DNA of 64,000 bases from Bacteroidales bacterium (GTDB taxonomy: Bacteria; Bacteroidota; Bacteroidia; Bacteroidales; VadinHA17). Shown here piece by piece: positions 17,181-27,564 of this stretch. The first letter of the stretch is position 1; each line of letters opens with the position of its first letter. Where the stretch lies: the NCBI GenBank assembly GCA_035299385.1, contig DATGWQ010000076.1, positions 28,267 through 92,266 on the forward strand, given 5' to 3'. The notes beneath the pieces are model-generated. The model had not been told where the DNA came from and made no database searches. It worked only from the letters and a program-made list of their open reading frames with translations. The position numbers and the translations under genes were made by a program.

Positions 17181-17214
17181 AGTAAGGCTGCCTTTTGGGC
17201 AGCCTTACTGTTTT
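17181..17214. terminator. bidirectional rho-independent terminator between the convergent EPS blocks
   Basis: AGTAAGGCTGCC-TTTTG-GGCAGCCTTACT is a perfect 12-bp stem, with an A-run before and GTTTT after. Confidence 0.75.
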
Positions 17215-17234
17215 AAGCTGTTCTCACTCATTCG

Positions 17235-17666
17235 TCAGGCGGATCCTTCATCCGCGATCACGGATGCCTTCTCACCAGTCTCGATAAGCTCGATATTGAT
17301 TCCCTGTGATGCAAACAGGAATGCGATATTATTGTTATTGAATGCCTCGCCGGGCTGCGGAGGTGCGAGCAGCCGCAGACCTTTCGAAGTTAATTCAGTT
17401 ACCGTTCTGTTAATATTTTCACACCTGAAGCACAGGTGATGAAATCCTCCGTTATGAGCAACAAAGTTCAGAAGGGATTTATTGTCAGGAAGAGGTTCAA
17501 TAAGCTTTACCGTGATGCTTCCTTCTTTCCTGAGAAAAGTAACTTTAACTTTCTGGTGAGTGTTGATTACTGTACTGGTCATCCTCTGATAACCGAAGAC
17601 GTTATTCCAGTAGACAACAGATTCTTCAATATCCTTTACTGCAAAGCAGATATGATCAATTACCAT
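17235..17666 (-). CDS. VOC-family protein (glyoxalase / methylmalonyl-CoA epimerase-like)
   Basis: The homologous part starts at the internal Met MVIDHICFAVKDIEES... (17666). The longer 17831 start would overlap the upstream gene by 170 nt. Confidence 0.8.
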   Translation of the reverse strand: MVIDHICFAVKDIEESVVYWNNVFGYQRMTSTVINTHQKVKVTFLRKEGSITVKLIEPLPDNKSLLNFVAHNGGFHHLCFRCENINRTVTELTSKGLRLLAPPQPGEAFNNNNIAFLFASQGINIELIETGEKASVIADEGSA

Positions 17667-18436
17667 CTGTCGGGCCGGCTTGTAACCTGATTTATATCCT
17701 TTTTGGCTGTGAGCTTTTCCTTCATCACCAGGTATACGAAGATCGAGTTGCCCACAAGATATCTTTTCCACATGCGGCCAGGTTCCTGGGCGAGCCTTAC
17801 AAACCACTCCATTCCCATGTTCTGAACCCATTTCGGCGCTCTTTTGGTCAGTCCTGCAATTATGTCGAAGGTACCGCCTACACCCATAGTAAAGTTTACC
17901 TGCCGGAGTATGTTCTCATACTTGTACAGAAATTTTTCTTTTTTGGGTGAAGTTATTGCGACGAAAAGCAGATGAGCGCCGCTCTCAGCTATCTGCCGTG
18001 CCACGCTCTCTTCCTCATCCTCCCTGAAATATCCGTTCCTGTAACCTGCAATGATTTCCGGGCCATAGTTCCTTGTATATTTTTCGACGACTTTCTTCAC
18101 CACATCTTCCTTTGCACCGAGAAAAAAGCACTTGTAGCCCTTTTCAGCCGAAAGTTTCACAAGTTCCTGCATCAGGTCTATTCCTGCCACCCTTCCGGGA
18201 AGTTTTTTTCCCAGGAAACGTGCAGCCCAGACTATGCTCTGACCATCAGCATTGATGATGTCGCATGAAAGAACACTTTCGAACAGGTCCCTGTCTTTCA
18301 TCATCGACACCACTTTCCCTGCATTAATCACAACATGGTTGATATGTTCCCCAGACCTGATGGCCTGATCTACCCTGGCGATTGTTTCCTCCAGTGTGTG
18401 ACAATCGACAGGTATCCCCATAAAATCTATCTTCAT
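17660..18436 (-). CDS. WecB/TagA/CpsF-family glycosyltransferase (GT26)
   Basis: MKIDFMGIPVDCHTLEETIARV..., FFLGAKEDVV..., GVGGTFD are typical of GT26. Confidence 0.9.
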   Translation of the reverse strand: MKIDFMGIPVDCHTLEETIARVDQAIRSGEHINHVVINAGKVVSMMKDRDLFESVLSCDIINADGQSIVWAARFLGKKLPGRVAGIDLMQELVKLSAEKGYKCFFLGAKEDVVKKVVEKYTRNYGPEIIAGYRNGYFREDEEESVARQIAESGAHLLFVAITSPKKEKFLYKYENILRQVNFTMGVGGTFDIIAGLTKRAPKWVQNMGMEWFVRLAQEPGRMWKRYLVGNSIFVYLVMKEKLTAKKDINQVTSRPDRW

Positions 18437-19605
18437 TGACTTGTTTTATAATCCCTTGTATACTCAACAATTGAGTTTACAATTCGTTCAGCAGTGTTTC
18501 CATCCCATAATTCGGGTCTGCTCGGGCTTCGTTCCAGGTGTATTGTCCTGTTATACTCTTCACGGATCCTGTTTAGATTGTTTCCCACAAGCACGCTTAC
18601 CCCGCCATGCTCCCTCAGTGTAACAGGCCGTTCAGTGTTCCACCTAAGTGTCAGGCATGGCGTGCCCAGAACGCAACATTCCTCCTGTAAGCCGCCTGAG
18701 TCGGTGAAGACGATTTTAGCGCCCATGTTAAGCCGCAGCATTTCATGGTAATCCACAGGTTCGAGCAATATGAGGGACGGATGTGCCAGCACCTGGTCCC
18801 ACAGATTCATGCTCTTAAGCTGCTTCAGCGCCCTTGGATGTATAGGCCATATCAAAGCCATATCCTGCCCTGCCTCATTCAGAAGGAACTCAACCAGAGG
18901 CTTGAACGTTTCCTCATGATCCACGTTAGATGGCCTGTGCAGGGTAATTATCCCGTAATTGTTGTCATAGAGCTCAGGATGTGACCCGTTCATACCTTTT
19001 ACCAGGTTCTTTCCGACTATCTTCGAAAGCAGCATTGATGCCGAAATGTTCCTGTTTGCCTCAAGGGTATCGATCATTATGTTCCCGACAAAACGGATCT
19101 TCTCAGGAGGCGTCCCCTCTTTCAGAAGGTTGTCGACCGAAATGCGGTCGGGGGTAAGCAGAAGGTCTGAAAGCCTGTCTGTTACCAGCCTGTTAACTTC
19201 CTCAGGCATTGCAATATCGCCCGACCTCAGGCCAGCTTCGATATGGCAAACTTTCAGCCCAAGCCTTTTTGCGATAACTGAAACCGAGAGCGTCGCATTT
19301 ACATCTCCCACGACAACTACCCAGTCCGGTTTATGCTGAAGCAGGACTTTTTCTACAGCTATCATCGTATTGCCAAGCTGCTCTGCATGACTGCCGGATC
19401 CGATCTCAAGATTTATATCAGGATCAGGAATCTGCAATCCCTTGAAGAATGCTTCTGACATTCTTATATCATAATGCTGCCCTGTGTGCACCAGTATGTG
19501 CCTGATCGTATTTTCAGCCTTTTTATTGTATTTTTCAATTGCCCTTATGAAAGGTGCAATTTTCATGAAGTTCGGACGCGCGCCCACTACTGATAAAATC
19601 TTCAT
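18433..19605 (-). CDS. wecB: UDP-N-acetylglucosamine 2-epimerase (non-hydrolysing)
   Basis: MKILSVVGARPNFMKIAPF..., HTGQHYD. The track start at 19611 is TTG; the first ATG is 19605. Confidence 0.95.
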   Translation of the reverse strand: MKILSVVGARPNFMKIAPFIRAIEKYNKKAENTIRHILVHTGQHYDIRMSEAFFKGLQIPDPDINLEIGSGSHAEQLGNTMIAVEKVLLQHKPDWVVVVGDVNATLSVSVIAKRLGLKVCHIEAGLRSGDIAMPEEVNRLVTDRLSDLLLTPDRISVDNLLKEGTPPEKIRFVGNIMIDTLEANRNISASMLLSKIVGKNLVKGMNGSHPELYDNNYGIITLHRPSNVDHEETFKPLVEFLLNEAGQDMALIWPIHPRALKQLKSMNLWDQVLAHPSLILLEPVDYHEMLRLNMGAKIVFTDSGGLQEECCVLGTPCLTLRWNTERPVTLREHGGVSVLVGNNLNRIREEYNRTIHLERSPSRPELWDGNTAERIVNSIVEYTRDYKTSQ

Positions 19606-19684
19606 AACCAATCGGAAACTTTTCTTCGATTAAATTAAAACCGTTATTATAAAGGTAATCAGTTTTATCATAGCAAACAATGAA

Positions 19685-20869
19685 TTAACGACATCCTGCA
19701 GCATGATAAATATACATACTCATCGAATAGAACATCCATGCCTGTGCCCATCGCATATAGGGGATTCTCGATGAGAAGTACCTGTTAATCTGGTAATAGA
19801 AATAACCTTTTTCCGATTGCATGTTTTCAATAGTCCATTGCATAACCCTTTCCAGGAGCTCCTGCTTTTCCCTGAATCTATTGGTCTTTACAGCGGTAAT
19901 GATGATCTGAGCTGAAGAATGAATATCAACAGGATAGATTGAATTATTATAATACTTTGGAATACCTTCAGCAGTGAAGAAGGTCCGGAAATAATAGTTC
20001 AGTCCTTTCTCAAGGTAATAATCGAATGAATGGTCACCCGTGTACCTTGCATAATCCGCAAGACATTCAAGATTGTAACCGGTATGAAAATTATCGATCC
20101 ATTTGTGAAAGGAAGCTTTTCCATAGCTCCATGAGCCGTCTTCATTCTGGTTATCGCAACAGTATCTCACTGACCTGAGAGCAGTTTCTGCCAGGTGCTG
20201 CTCCCCTGTATGGTTGTAAACCCTTGCAAGCATCCTGCTGCCGAGCAATGAAGCGTTGTATACGACGCTATTGTCAAGGGGGGAATATGAAAATGCAAAA
20301 TTGCCGTTCCGGTCGGAAGTGCGGTTCAGGTCCTCAAGGATGAAGTCGCATGCACTGCGTGCTGTTTGCAGGAGCCTTTCGTCGCCGGTTATCTCATATG
20401 CATCGATGAGAGAGCACCCTGTAAAAGTGGTTGCGACAACAGTAGGCGTATTTTCAGGCTGGAAGAATGCCCTGGCCTGCCAGTCGAAATTATAACCCCA
20501 CGATGCTCCGCTCCATGAATTGCTCGCAAGCTCGAGAATCTTTTCAGTAAAGAAATGTATTTTCTCAAGGTACCGGGCCTCGCCTCCATATTTGTAAAGC
20601 CGGCAGTAGCCCGACAGAAAAAGGCCCAGGGCCTTTGGGTTATAACCTTTCTGCACACCTGTCAGAGGCCTGAGGTTAAGAGGCGATCTCTTGAAAAGCT
20701 GGATCCAGGCCAGCCTTGCATACCTGTTGTGCGAAAGCAACGGGACTGATCTGAATATTTTGCTGTTCAGCCCGTCATATGGATCATAGCCCCTGTAGCC
20801 CTCGTTTTCGCACCACACGGAAAGCTTTTCAAATGAATTCCGCACTGTATCTGTCAGTACATCATTCAT
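19685..20869 (-). CDS. hypothetical EPS-locus protein, possibly an (alpha/alpha)6-barrel fold
   Basis: 394 aa with W/Y-rich repeats (NEDGSWSYG, WGYNFDW). Function not recognised. Confidence 0.6.
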   Translation of the reverse strand: MNDVLTDTVRNSFEKLSVWCENEGYRGYDPYDGLNSKIFRSVPLLSHNRYARLAWIQLFKRSPLNLRPLTGVQKGYNPKALGLFLSGYCRLYKYGGEARYLEKIHFFTEKILELASNSWSGASWGYNFDWQARAFFQPENTPTVVATTFTGCSLIDAYEITGDERLLQTARSACDFILEDLNRTSDRNGNFAFSYSPLDNSVVYNASLLGSRMLARVYNHTGEQHLAETALRSVRYCCDNQNEDGSWSYGKASFHKWIDNFHTGYNLECLADYARYTGDHSFDYYLEKGLNYYFRTFFTAEGIPKYYNNSIYPVDIHSSAQIIITAVKTNRFREKQELLERVMQWTIENMQSEKGYFYYQINRYFSSRIPYMRWAQAWMFYSMSMYIYHAAGCR

Positions 20870-23016
20870 GGCAGACTGATATCCTGCGGAAGCCCGGTGG
20901 ACAGGCTGTCCAGAATCCTGAATGTGGTTACTGTTGTCAGGCAGGCAGACCTGAAGCTTAAAGGGCTGTCCACTCCCTTCACCAGGGCATCGAAGAATTT
21001 CTGAACCTCCTCCCTGTGCCCTTTCCCTTTTGAATCGAGCTTAATTGTTTTTCCATTGCGGTATAAAATGCCATCACGGAAATCGTTGATGACAGCACTG
21101 CTTCCGCCCCCTGACACTTCGATTCTTTCTTTTGCGAGTCCGCTATCACCATTTGCAAGGTACATCAGGTTGCCGACTGATCCGTTCCTGAATTTCACGA
21201 CAACGGCAATATTGTCGTATGCAGCAATGGCTGAGCTGTCAGTCGTCACAGACTCCGCGAATACACTGACGGGTTCAGAGCCGGTGAGGAACTGCATCAG
21301 GTCTATGAAATGACAGACCTCACCGATTATCCTCCCCCCTCCTATTTCCGGATTCTGGATCCAGTGTTCCCCGGGTATGATGCCTGCATTGACCCTGATG
21401 TTTACCAACAGTGGTTCTGCAATCGTTTCAAACTCCGATCTTATTCTTTCTGCCACCGCTGAGAACCTTCTGTTAAAACCAACCATTACAGGCTTCCTGA
21501 AATTATTTCTTGCCTCCATAACCTGGGCAAGCTGTTCCATATTTATGGCAAGCGGCTTTTCGACAAAGACATTTTTCCTGGCTTCCAGGGCTTTCGCAAC
21601 AAGCGATGCGTGTGATGCATGCGGGGTGGCAATGAATACGGTATTGATATTTTTATCATTCAGCACATCATCGATGTTCGTCGAGCAATAGTTGAAGCCG
21701 AATTTTGAAGCCACATTCTTCGAAGTGATTCCACGTGTTGTAACAACACCGTTCAGGGAGCCTCCCGAAGACCTGACAGCAGGAATGAGGTAGCTCTGGG
21801 CAAAGCTCCCCGCCCCTATAAAACCTGTGCTCACGCTTCCGGACGGATCGTTCTTGAGGTTAACAAGGCTTCTTTCCTTGCCATTCGAAGGTGCATATCT
21901 GAGCAGTATTCCGCTGCTGAATTCTTTTGTTTTCCCGAGAACGATATCATAGGCTTTCTCCGCATCTGAAATATCGAACACATGCGTAATCAGCGGCTTC
22001 ACGTTGATAACTTTCATTGAAAGCATTCCCAGGAAGGCTTCCATATTCCTTTGTTCCGTCCATCTTACATACGGGTAGGGGTAATCGTGACCTCCTTCCT
22101 CGTAGGAAGGATCGTACCTGCCGGGCCCGTAAGAACAAGACATAATCAGCTCGAGCTCTTTCCGGTAGAAATAAGGATCACGATGAAGCTCCATCCCAAC
22201 GGCACCGACTATCACTATTTTGGCTTTCTTCCGTGCTATCGAAGCTGCAAGCTCCACTGGATCGTTCGACTGTGTTGCGGCAGTTATAATGACACTGTCA
22301 AATCCGTATCCGTCTGAGAAATCAAGGCATGATGAGACAATGTTGGCATCATCCCTGCGCATGGCAATAACTCCTGCATTTTCCTGTGCTGTTTTTACAA
22401 GCTTTTCATTCAGGTCTATCCCGAACACCATGCAGCCGTTGGCCTTCAGAAGCTGACAGGTTATCTGCCCAAGAAGGCCCAGCCCTATTACCGCAACTTT
22501 TTCACCCAGGTTGGGCGATGCCTGCCTTATTCCCTGCAGGGCTATTGATCCGACAGTTGTAAAAGCTGCTTCTTCGGATGAAACATTGTCGGGGATCCTG
22601 GCCACAAGATTTTGCGGAACAGATATTACAGCTGCATGTGAAGCATAATCCTGGCCTGCACATGCTACCCTGTCGCCAGGCCTGAAAAGACCGTTTTTAT
22701 CCAGTGAAGCTTTCACAACACCGGCGCTGCTGTAGCCTAGCGCCTTAAGGGAATCGAGCTTTGTGCGGACCTTGTTCAGAGTGGCCGTAATCCCTTCTTT
22801 CTTAATGTTCTTGATTACCTGTGCAACCAGATCTGGCCTTTCCTTTGCCTTGCCAAGCAGGTTTGCCTGTGCTATTTTCACAGTACCCCGTTCCGTACCT
22901 GCACTGATAAGTGAGAATTCATTACCGACAAGAACCATTCCGGCCGATATTGCCGGTGCCGGTATCTCATCAACATACATCTCACCCGATTTGAAATTCT
23001 GTATAAGCTGTTTCAT
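20866..23016 (-). CDS. bi-domain oxidoreductase (MDR zinc-type alcohol dehydrogenase N-domain plus Gfo/Idh/MocA C-domain)
   Basis: N-terminal MDR-like (VAVIGLGLLGQ Rossmann). C-terminal GFIGAGSFAQSYLIP... EKPLA motif of Gfo/Idh/MocA. Confidence 0.8.
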   Translation of the reverse strand: MKQLIQNFKSGEMYVDEIPAPAISAGMVLVGNEFSLISAGTERGTVKIAQANLLGKAKERPDLVAQVIKNIKKEGITATLNKVRTKLDSLKALGYSSAGVVKASLDKNGLFRPGDRVACAGQDYASHAAVISVPQNLVARIPDNVSSEEAAFTTVGSIALQGIRQASPNLGEKVAVIGLGLLGQITCQLLKANGCMVFGIDLNEKLVKTAQENAGVIAMRRDDANIVSSCLDFSDGYGFDSVIITAATQSNDPVELAASIARKKAKIVIVGAVGMELHRDPYFYRKELELIMSCSYGPGRYDPSYEEGGHDYPYPYVRWTEQRNMEAFLGMLSMKVINVKPLITHVFDISDAEKAYDIVLGKTKEFSSGILLRYAPSNGKERSLVNLKNDPSGSVSTGFIGAGSFAQSYLIPAVRSSGGSLNGVVTTRGITSKNVASKFGFNYCSTNIDDVLNDKNINTVFIATPHASHASLVAKALEARKNVFVEKPLAINMEQLAQVMEARNNFRKPVMVGFNRRFSAVAERIRSEFETIAEPLLVNIRVNAGIIPGEHWIQNPEIGGGRIIGEVCHFIDLMQFLTGSEPVSVFAESVTTDSSAIAAYDNIAVVVKFRNGSVGNLMYLANGDSGLAKERIEVSGGGSSAVINDFRDGILYRNGKTIKLDSKGKGHREEVQKFFDALVKGVDSPLSFRSACLTTVTTFRILDSLSTGLPQDISLP

Positions 23017-23019
23017 CTG

Positions 23020-25410
23020 TTATTTTATTAAAAGCGGAATTTTTCCAAATATTGTTTTGAATGGCTCCTTCACCTGCTCGAACAGGACATCCATGTTGAG
23101 GTTCGTCGAGTCAAAAAGCTCGGAAGGGTTTTCCACAAGGGAGTAATTTGAGTAGTAAACTTTTATTGTACCCGGTAATACCTGCTTGACCTGGATAAAA
23201 TTGACCCTGTCGAAGAGCTTATGATGTCTCCCGAAAATAAGTGCTGTGAGGGATATTTTTTTGTTGTTCTTGTCGATGACAAATTCCCCGAGCCTCCCTT
23301 CGGTTATTTCGAAGCTTTCGAGATAACCCATGCTGTTAAAGTTCGGATTTATCAGGTCTTCAGTGTCGTACCTGATGAAAGGTGTGGCATAATTATCAAA
23401 GCTTGTTCCGACAAGATGATAGAGGTTATCTTTCTTCACAGCTTCGGTATAACCATACGAAAGGAAAGGAACATACAGGTATTTCTCGTACAGTTCACCG
23501 GCAAGGATCACTCCTTCGGTGTGACCATACCAGGAGATGGTGTTCTTTGTAAGGATGCCTTCAATATAATCCCTGAAATGCGGTGAAGGAAATTCCGAAC
23601 CGAACATTATCCCTTTTATGTGCTTCCTGAGAAAATCAAGAAGAAAAGGCGCATTGAGCGATACTTCCTTGAGAAAATTGTAAATGGCGCTCGGATATCC
23701 GTGAATATATTCTGTATTGTATTTTTTGAAAACCCTGAGAAGCTCCAGGTAATCTTTGGTTGTGAATGAATAATATGAATTGATCAGGAACTCGTTCTGG
23801 TTATACCTGTACTTATAAATATTGACAAGGTTTCTGCCACGAATGGTGATCTTTGTACTCGTGGGCTTATAGCCTATCCTTTTCCACATGTAATGCATGT
23901 GCGACCACTCCCGGGAGTAGAAATTGTTTTCCAGGAAAAATGTAAGCGGAGAACCTGAAGTGCCTCCGGTATTGAATTGTTTCAGTCCGTGCTTCATCAC
24001 GGTTCTCTTTTCAACGGGCATTTCTCTCAGTGCGGCTTTGGTTATAAGCGGCAGGTTTGAGATATCATCGAGACTCTTTATTATATCGGGTGAAAATTCA
24101 CTGTTGTCAGTGAAGTTCCTGTAGAAAGAGCTGTTTTTCCTGAAATGTGAATATATCCGGTTGAACCCGGAAATAATGTAATTGAATTTTATCTGGCCAT
24201 CGGCATGCATCATGCTTTCAGCGCGCTTGTAGTAATCAGAGTATTCACTTCCGAGCCTTAATCTGAAAGGAATATAATTCAGCAGCACACCTGCAGTCGG
24301 AGGTATTTTCTCGGTAAGTATCTTACCGCTCCCGATGATATCCACCTGGGACCGGGTGTTCAGGACTGATTCAAGTATGCTGCTGTAGAACATCCGGTAT
24401 TCCCTGGTAAGATCCTCAACCGCGATGTTTTCATTTTGATGAAGGCCGTTGATTACTGAGATCAAGGTCTTCTCAAGGTCATCATAATCCCTGTTCCGGA
24501 AAAGAATTGTTTCAGCTGGCCGGGGTATCACATCCGAGGCGATTATGGGCTTGCCGAGAAGGATGGCTTCCCTGACTGTAAGGGCATCCCCGTCTGTGTT
24601 CGTAGGCCTGAGTATAATATCAGAGAAGGTAATGAGCCTCACGAATGAGAGCTGTTCATTCATCAGCATGAAATGATTGTGGAAACTGCCGGAAGCTATC
24701 TCCTCCTGGTACTTTTCGAAGAGATCACGGTTTTTTTCAAGGGATGAAACATTGTAAATAAAGCTTACCGGAAAACCTTTTACTGTCAGCCTGCGTGCCG
24801 CTTCAATGCACATGTCGAGGCCATAAAGATCATGGGATTCAAAGTACTTCAGCTGGTATGCATTAGCACTTATGATTATACGCCCGCTTTGTTTCTCTGA
24901 TTGGATCCAATCGGTTATATTCCCCGGAAGTTCTGGTTCATCTTTCATTGACGGAGGTAAGAAAGCTGATTTCACCACGCTCCTGTTCCTGTTGATCTTA
25001 ACCCTGTCGAGAATGAATGAATTCACAACGATAACTTTATGAGCCATGGAGTAAAATAAGGAGTCAATAAAATTCAGAAAGGTCCTGTTGGCATACGGAT
25101 AACCATGAACAGTCAGAACTATTTTTTTCCTGAACAGCCTCCCCATAATCACATGAAAAATAAACAGCTGCCTTTTCCCGCTGTGTATGTACACAATGTC
25201 CGACTGCCTGACTTTTTTAAGATAGCTCACAAGATTATATGTCCTCAGATTGAAATAGTTTTCTTTGATAATGTGTGATTCATCGACAAAATCAAGGTTG
25301 AAGTCCTTGTCAATAAGGCTGCAAAGTCTCTTGATGTGGATACTCACACCTCCCACCGGAGGGGGCAGTGGACCGATAAACAGCACATTACTTTTGTCCT
25401 TTGATTTCAT
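23020..25410 (-). CDS. fusion protein: GT4-type glycosyltransferase (N) plus CapK / phenylacetate-CoA-ligase-like adenylating domain (C)
   Basis: The N-terminal half is paralogous to the 26506 GT (PTNTDGDALTVREAILLGKPIIASDVIPRP). The C-terminal half has FNTGGTSGSPLTF (a TSGTTG-like P-loop of the PaaK/CapK family). Confidence 0.75.
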   Translation of the reverse strand: MKSKDKSNVLFIGPLPPPVGGVSIHIKRLCSLIDKDFNLDFVDESHIIKENYFNLRTYNLVSYLKKVRQSDIVYIHSGKRQLFIFHVIMGRLFRKKIVLTVHGYPYANRTFLNFIDSLFYSMAHKVIVVNSFILDRVKINRNRSVVKSAFLPPSMKDEPELPGNITDWIQSEKQSGRIIISANAYQLKYFESHDLYGLDMCIEAARRLTVKGFPVSFIYNVSSLEKNRDLFEKYQEEIASGSFHNHFMLMNEQLSFVRLITFSDIILRPTNTDGDALTVREAILLGKPIIASDVIPRPAETILFRNRDYDDLEKTLISVINGLHQNENIAVEDLTREYRMFYSSILESVLNTRSQVDIIGSGKILTEKIPPTAGVLLNYIPFRLRLGSEYSDYYKRAESMMHADGQIKFNYIISGFNRIYSHFRKNSSFYRNFTDNSEFSPDIIKSLDDISNLPLITKAALREMPVEKRTVMKHGLKQFNTGGTSGSPLTFFLENNFYSREWSHMHYMWKRIGYKPTSTKITIRGRNLVNIYKYRYNQNEFLINSYYSFTTKDYLELLRVFKKYNTEYIHGYPSAIYNFLKEVSLNAPFLLDFLRKHIKGIMFGSEFPSPHFRDYIEGILTKNTISWYGHTEGVILAGELYEKYLYVPFLSYGYTEAVKKDNLYHLVGTSFDNYATPFIRYDTEDLINPNFNSMGYLESFEITEGRLGEFVIDKNNKKISLTALIFGRHHKLFDRVNFIQVKQVLPGTIKVYYSNYSLVENPSELFDSTNLNMDVLFEQVKEPFKTIFGKIPLLIK

Positions 25411-26519
25411 CTGTTATAATAGACAAGAGGCTGTATATTCAATTTTCTTCTCATTCCGCCAATTGAGCACTGGAGCTGGTCAAGACCATAATTCAAGTTG
25501 ATTTCTATGGCCATGATCCTGTCCTCGAGAAGAGCAATATCCCAGGCAACATCAGGAAATTCAGGTGCGCATGCGACGTATCCCAGAACTTTCTCTTTTA
25601 TGTTTTCAAAATCAGCAATCCTGAAATTTTTGAATGAAAAGCCTGTATCTGGATGACTTGCAAATTTCTCCGGATCGTGAAGGAGGCATGCCTGCTCGTT
25701 AATTTTGCCGGTATTTATGTCGACTGGTGAAAAGACCCCTCCAAAAGAGCTGTTGTCGACAAATGAACCGTTTCTCCCCATACGAAGCACAACGGCAACT
25801 ATCCTTGGAGTGTTATTGAAATACTGTGTTATTATCCTGAGAGTATTGACAGAAAAAGGATATATCTTCTTCAGATCGCTTCTCTGCACTATACCTTCCT
25901 GTACAACATAAGTATTCCCTTCTGTAATATTTTGCAGAAGCCCGGCATAAAGGAAATCATCGTTTATGAACAGCTCATCCTCAAACCTTTCAATTTTAAT
26001 TATACCCTTACCACCCCTTCCGCCATCTGGCTTGATGAACCATGCCTTTCCACCCGAGCGCAGAAGTATCTTCTTGAAATCATCATAATTAATCCTGCTT
26101 CCACCGGAATCATGGATTATTCCATTTCTGATCGTCCCGACGATAGCAGGCGTTGCTATCTTCCTGGATTTAAAGAATTCATTCATCCTGATTTTGCTGT
26201 CTGTAAGATTTATATGTTCATCCCTGTAAAGTGAAGGCATATAAAAATTATAGAAGTAATAAGGAGGAATGTAATCCAGCAGCTCGTCACCGCTAAGATC
26301 TTTCTCGTACAATCTATACCGGAAATAATAGGCTGGATCGCATTGCCAGTAATCCTTTATAAGGGAAAGCTCATCCCTTACCCTGTCCCTGTGCTTGAAA
26401 TTCTTTTTAACAAGGTAGCCGGCAAATCCTGATCTGTAGTTGTGATCAGCAATTTTGCTGTACGTAAAATAGAGGAAATTGTTCCTTTTTACTTTTTTGC
26501 GTAAATCATCCAATATCAT
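25407..26519 (-). CDS. ATP-grasp enzyme (sugar-transfer-associated ATP-grasp type)
   Basis: GGKAWFIKPDGGRGGKGIIKIE and overall ATP-grasp-like layout. Start chosen at MILDDLRKK (26519) to limit the overlap with the upstream gene to 14 nt. Confidence 0.7.
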   Translation of the reverse strand: MILDDLRKKVKRNNFLYFTYSKIADHNYRSGFAGYLVKKNFKHRDRVRDELSLIKDYWQCDPAYYFRYRLYEKDLSGDELLDYIPPYYFYNFYMPSLYRDEHINLTDSKIRMNEFFKSRKIATPAIVGTIRNGIIHDSGGSRINYDDFKKILLRSGGKAWFIKPDGGRGGKGIIKIERFEDELFINDDFLYAGLLQNITEGNTYVVQEGIVQRSDLKKIYPFSVNTLRIITQYFNNTPRIVAVVLRMGRNGSFVDNSSFGGVFSPVDINTGKINEQACLLHDPEKFASHPDTGFSFKNFRIADFENIKEKVLGYVACAPEFPDVAWDIALLEDRIMAIEINLNYGLDQLQCSIGGMRRKLNIQPLVYYNR

Positions 26520-27564
26520 ATTGTTCGAGAATTTTATCGGCGAAATTTGAAGTGTAATTATTGAGTCCGGAAATAATTTCATTGTAGTTCTCGAACAGAT
26601 CGACCGTTTTGGCAAAAAGGTCATCGGATGAATCGCGTTTGTAAGTTATTGTACCTGCCGGTCGCGGAACGGCATCTGATGTGATGACGGGCGTCTTAAG
26701 GAAAAGAGCTTCCCTTATTGACAGTGCATCACCGTCGGTTTTTGTCGGTCGAAGCAGCAGGTTCACCCTCTTGAGAAGGGGCCACATATCCATGGGTGAA
26801 CTTTCTATCCACATGAAATGATCTTCAAGGTTCTTTTCCCTGATGTATCCCTTTAACCTGTCGGTAAATTGCCTGCTTTCTTTCGGCTGATGCAAACCGA
26901 GCACGATCAGTATCATACCGGTATCCCTTCCGCTCTCATTCATCCTCACCCCCAGCTCGACTGCATCACCGAATCCGTACAGGTCATTGTACCTTTCATT
27001 GATTATTACGAATCCGTTGACGAGGATTTTGAATGTTCTTCTCTGAACAAAACTCTCAATAGCTCCTTCGACGTTTTTTGAGACAGATGGTTTAGATTCG
27101 GCCGGAGGTATGAAAGCAGGTATCTCGACAGCCCTGTAACGCAGCTTTTCTGGCACATTGACCGAGTCCCCTTCCCTCACACAGATTATCGTGTCAAACC
27201 CCCTCATTGCAAAGTAACCTCTGTGCGACTTCATCCTGCCGGTGATTGATCCATGGATGGTCAGTATGAATTTTGTTTTTTTTGAAAAGAGCGGCCTCCA
27301 TAAGGAAACATAAAACTTCGGAAGAAAATTACTTACATGGAAATGGATGATGTCAAAACGTTTATGGAACATCAGGTATACCGGCAATGACAGATATTTC
27401 AGGAATTTAAGGATCTTCCAGTTAATCTTTTTGTTGCTGAGCTGAGTGTCAAACTTCACAGGCTGATAGCCAAGGCTGACAAGATGATCGCACAGCCTCT
27501 TGACACTCACGCTCACTCCGCCGATAAAAGGAGGAAACGGGCTTACCTCTAGTATCCTTTTCAT
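26506..27564 (-). CDS. glycosyltransferase family 4
   Basis: N-terminus ...FPPFIGGVSVSVKRL. C-terminus PTKTDGDALSIREALFLKTPVITSDAVPRP. Confidence 0.85.
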   Translation of the reverse strand: MKRILEVSPFPPFIGGVSVSVKRLCDHLVSLGYQPVKFDTQLSNKKINWKILKFLKYLSLPVYLMFHKRFDIIHFHVSNFLPKFYVSLWRPLFSKKTKFILTIHGSITGRMKSHRGYFAMRGFDTIICVREGDSVNVPEKLRYRAVEIPAFIPPAESKPSVSKNVEGAIESFVQRRTFKILVNGFVIINERYNDLYGFGDAVELGVRMNESGRDTGMILIVLGLHQPKESRQFTDRLKGYIREKNLEDHFMWIESSPMDMWPLLKRVNLLLRPTKTDGDALSIREALFLKTPVITSDAVPRPAGTITYKRDSSDDLFAKTVDLFENYNEIISGLNNYTSNFADKILEQYDIG

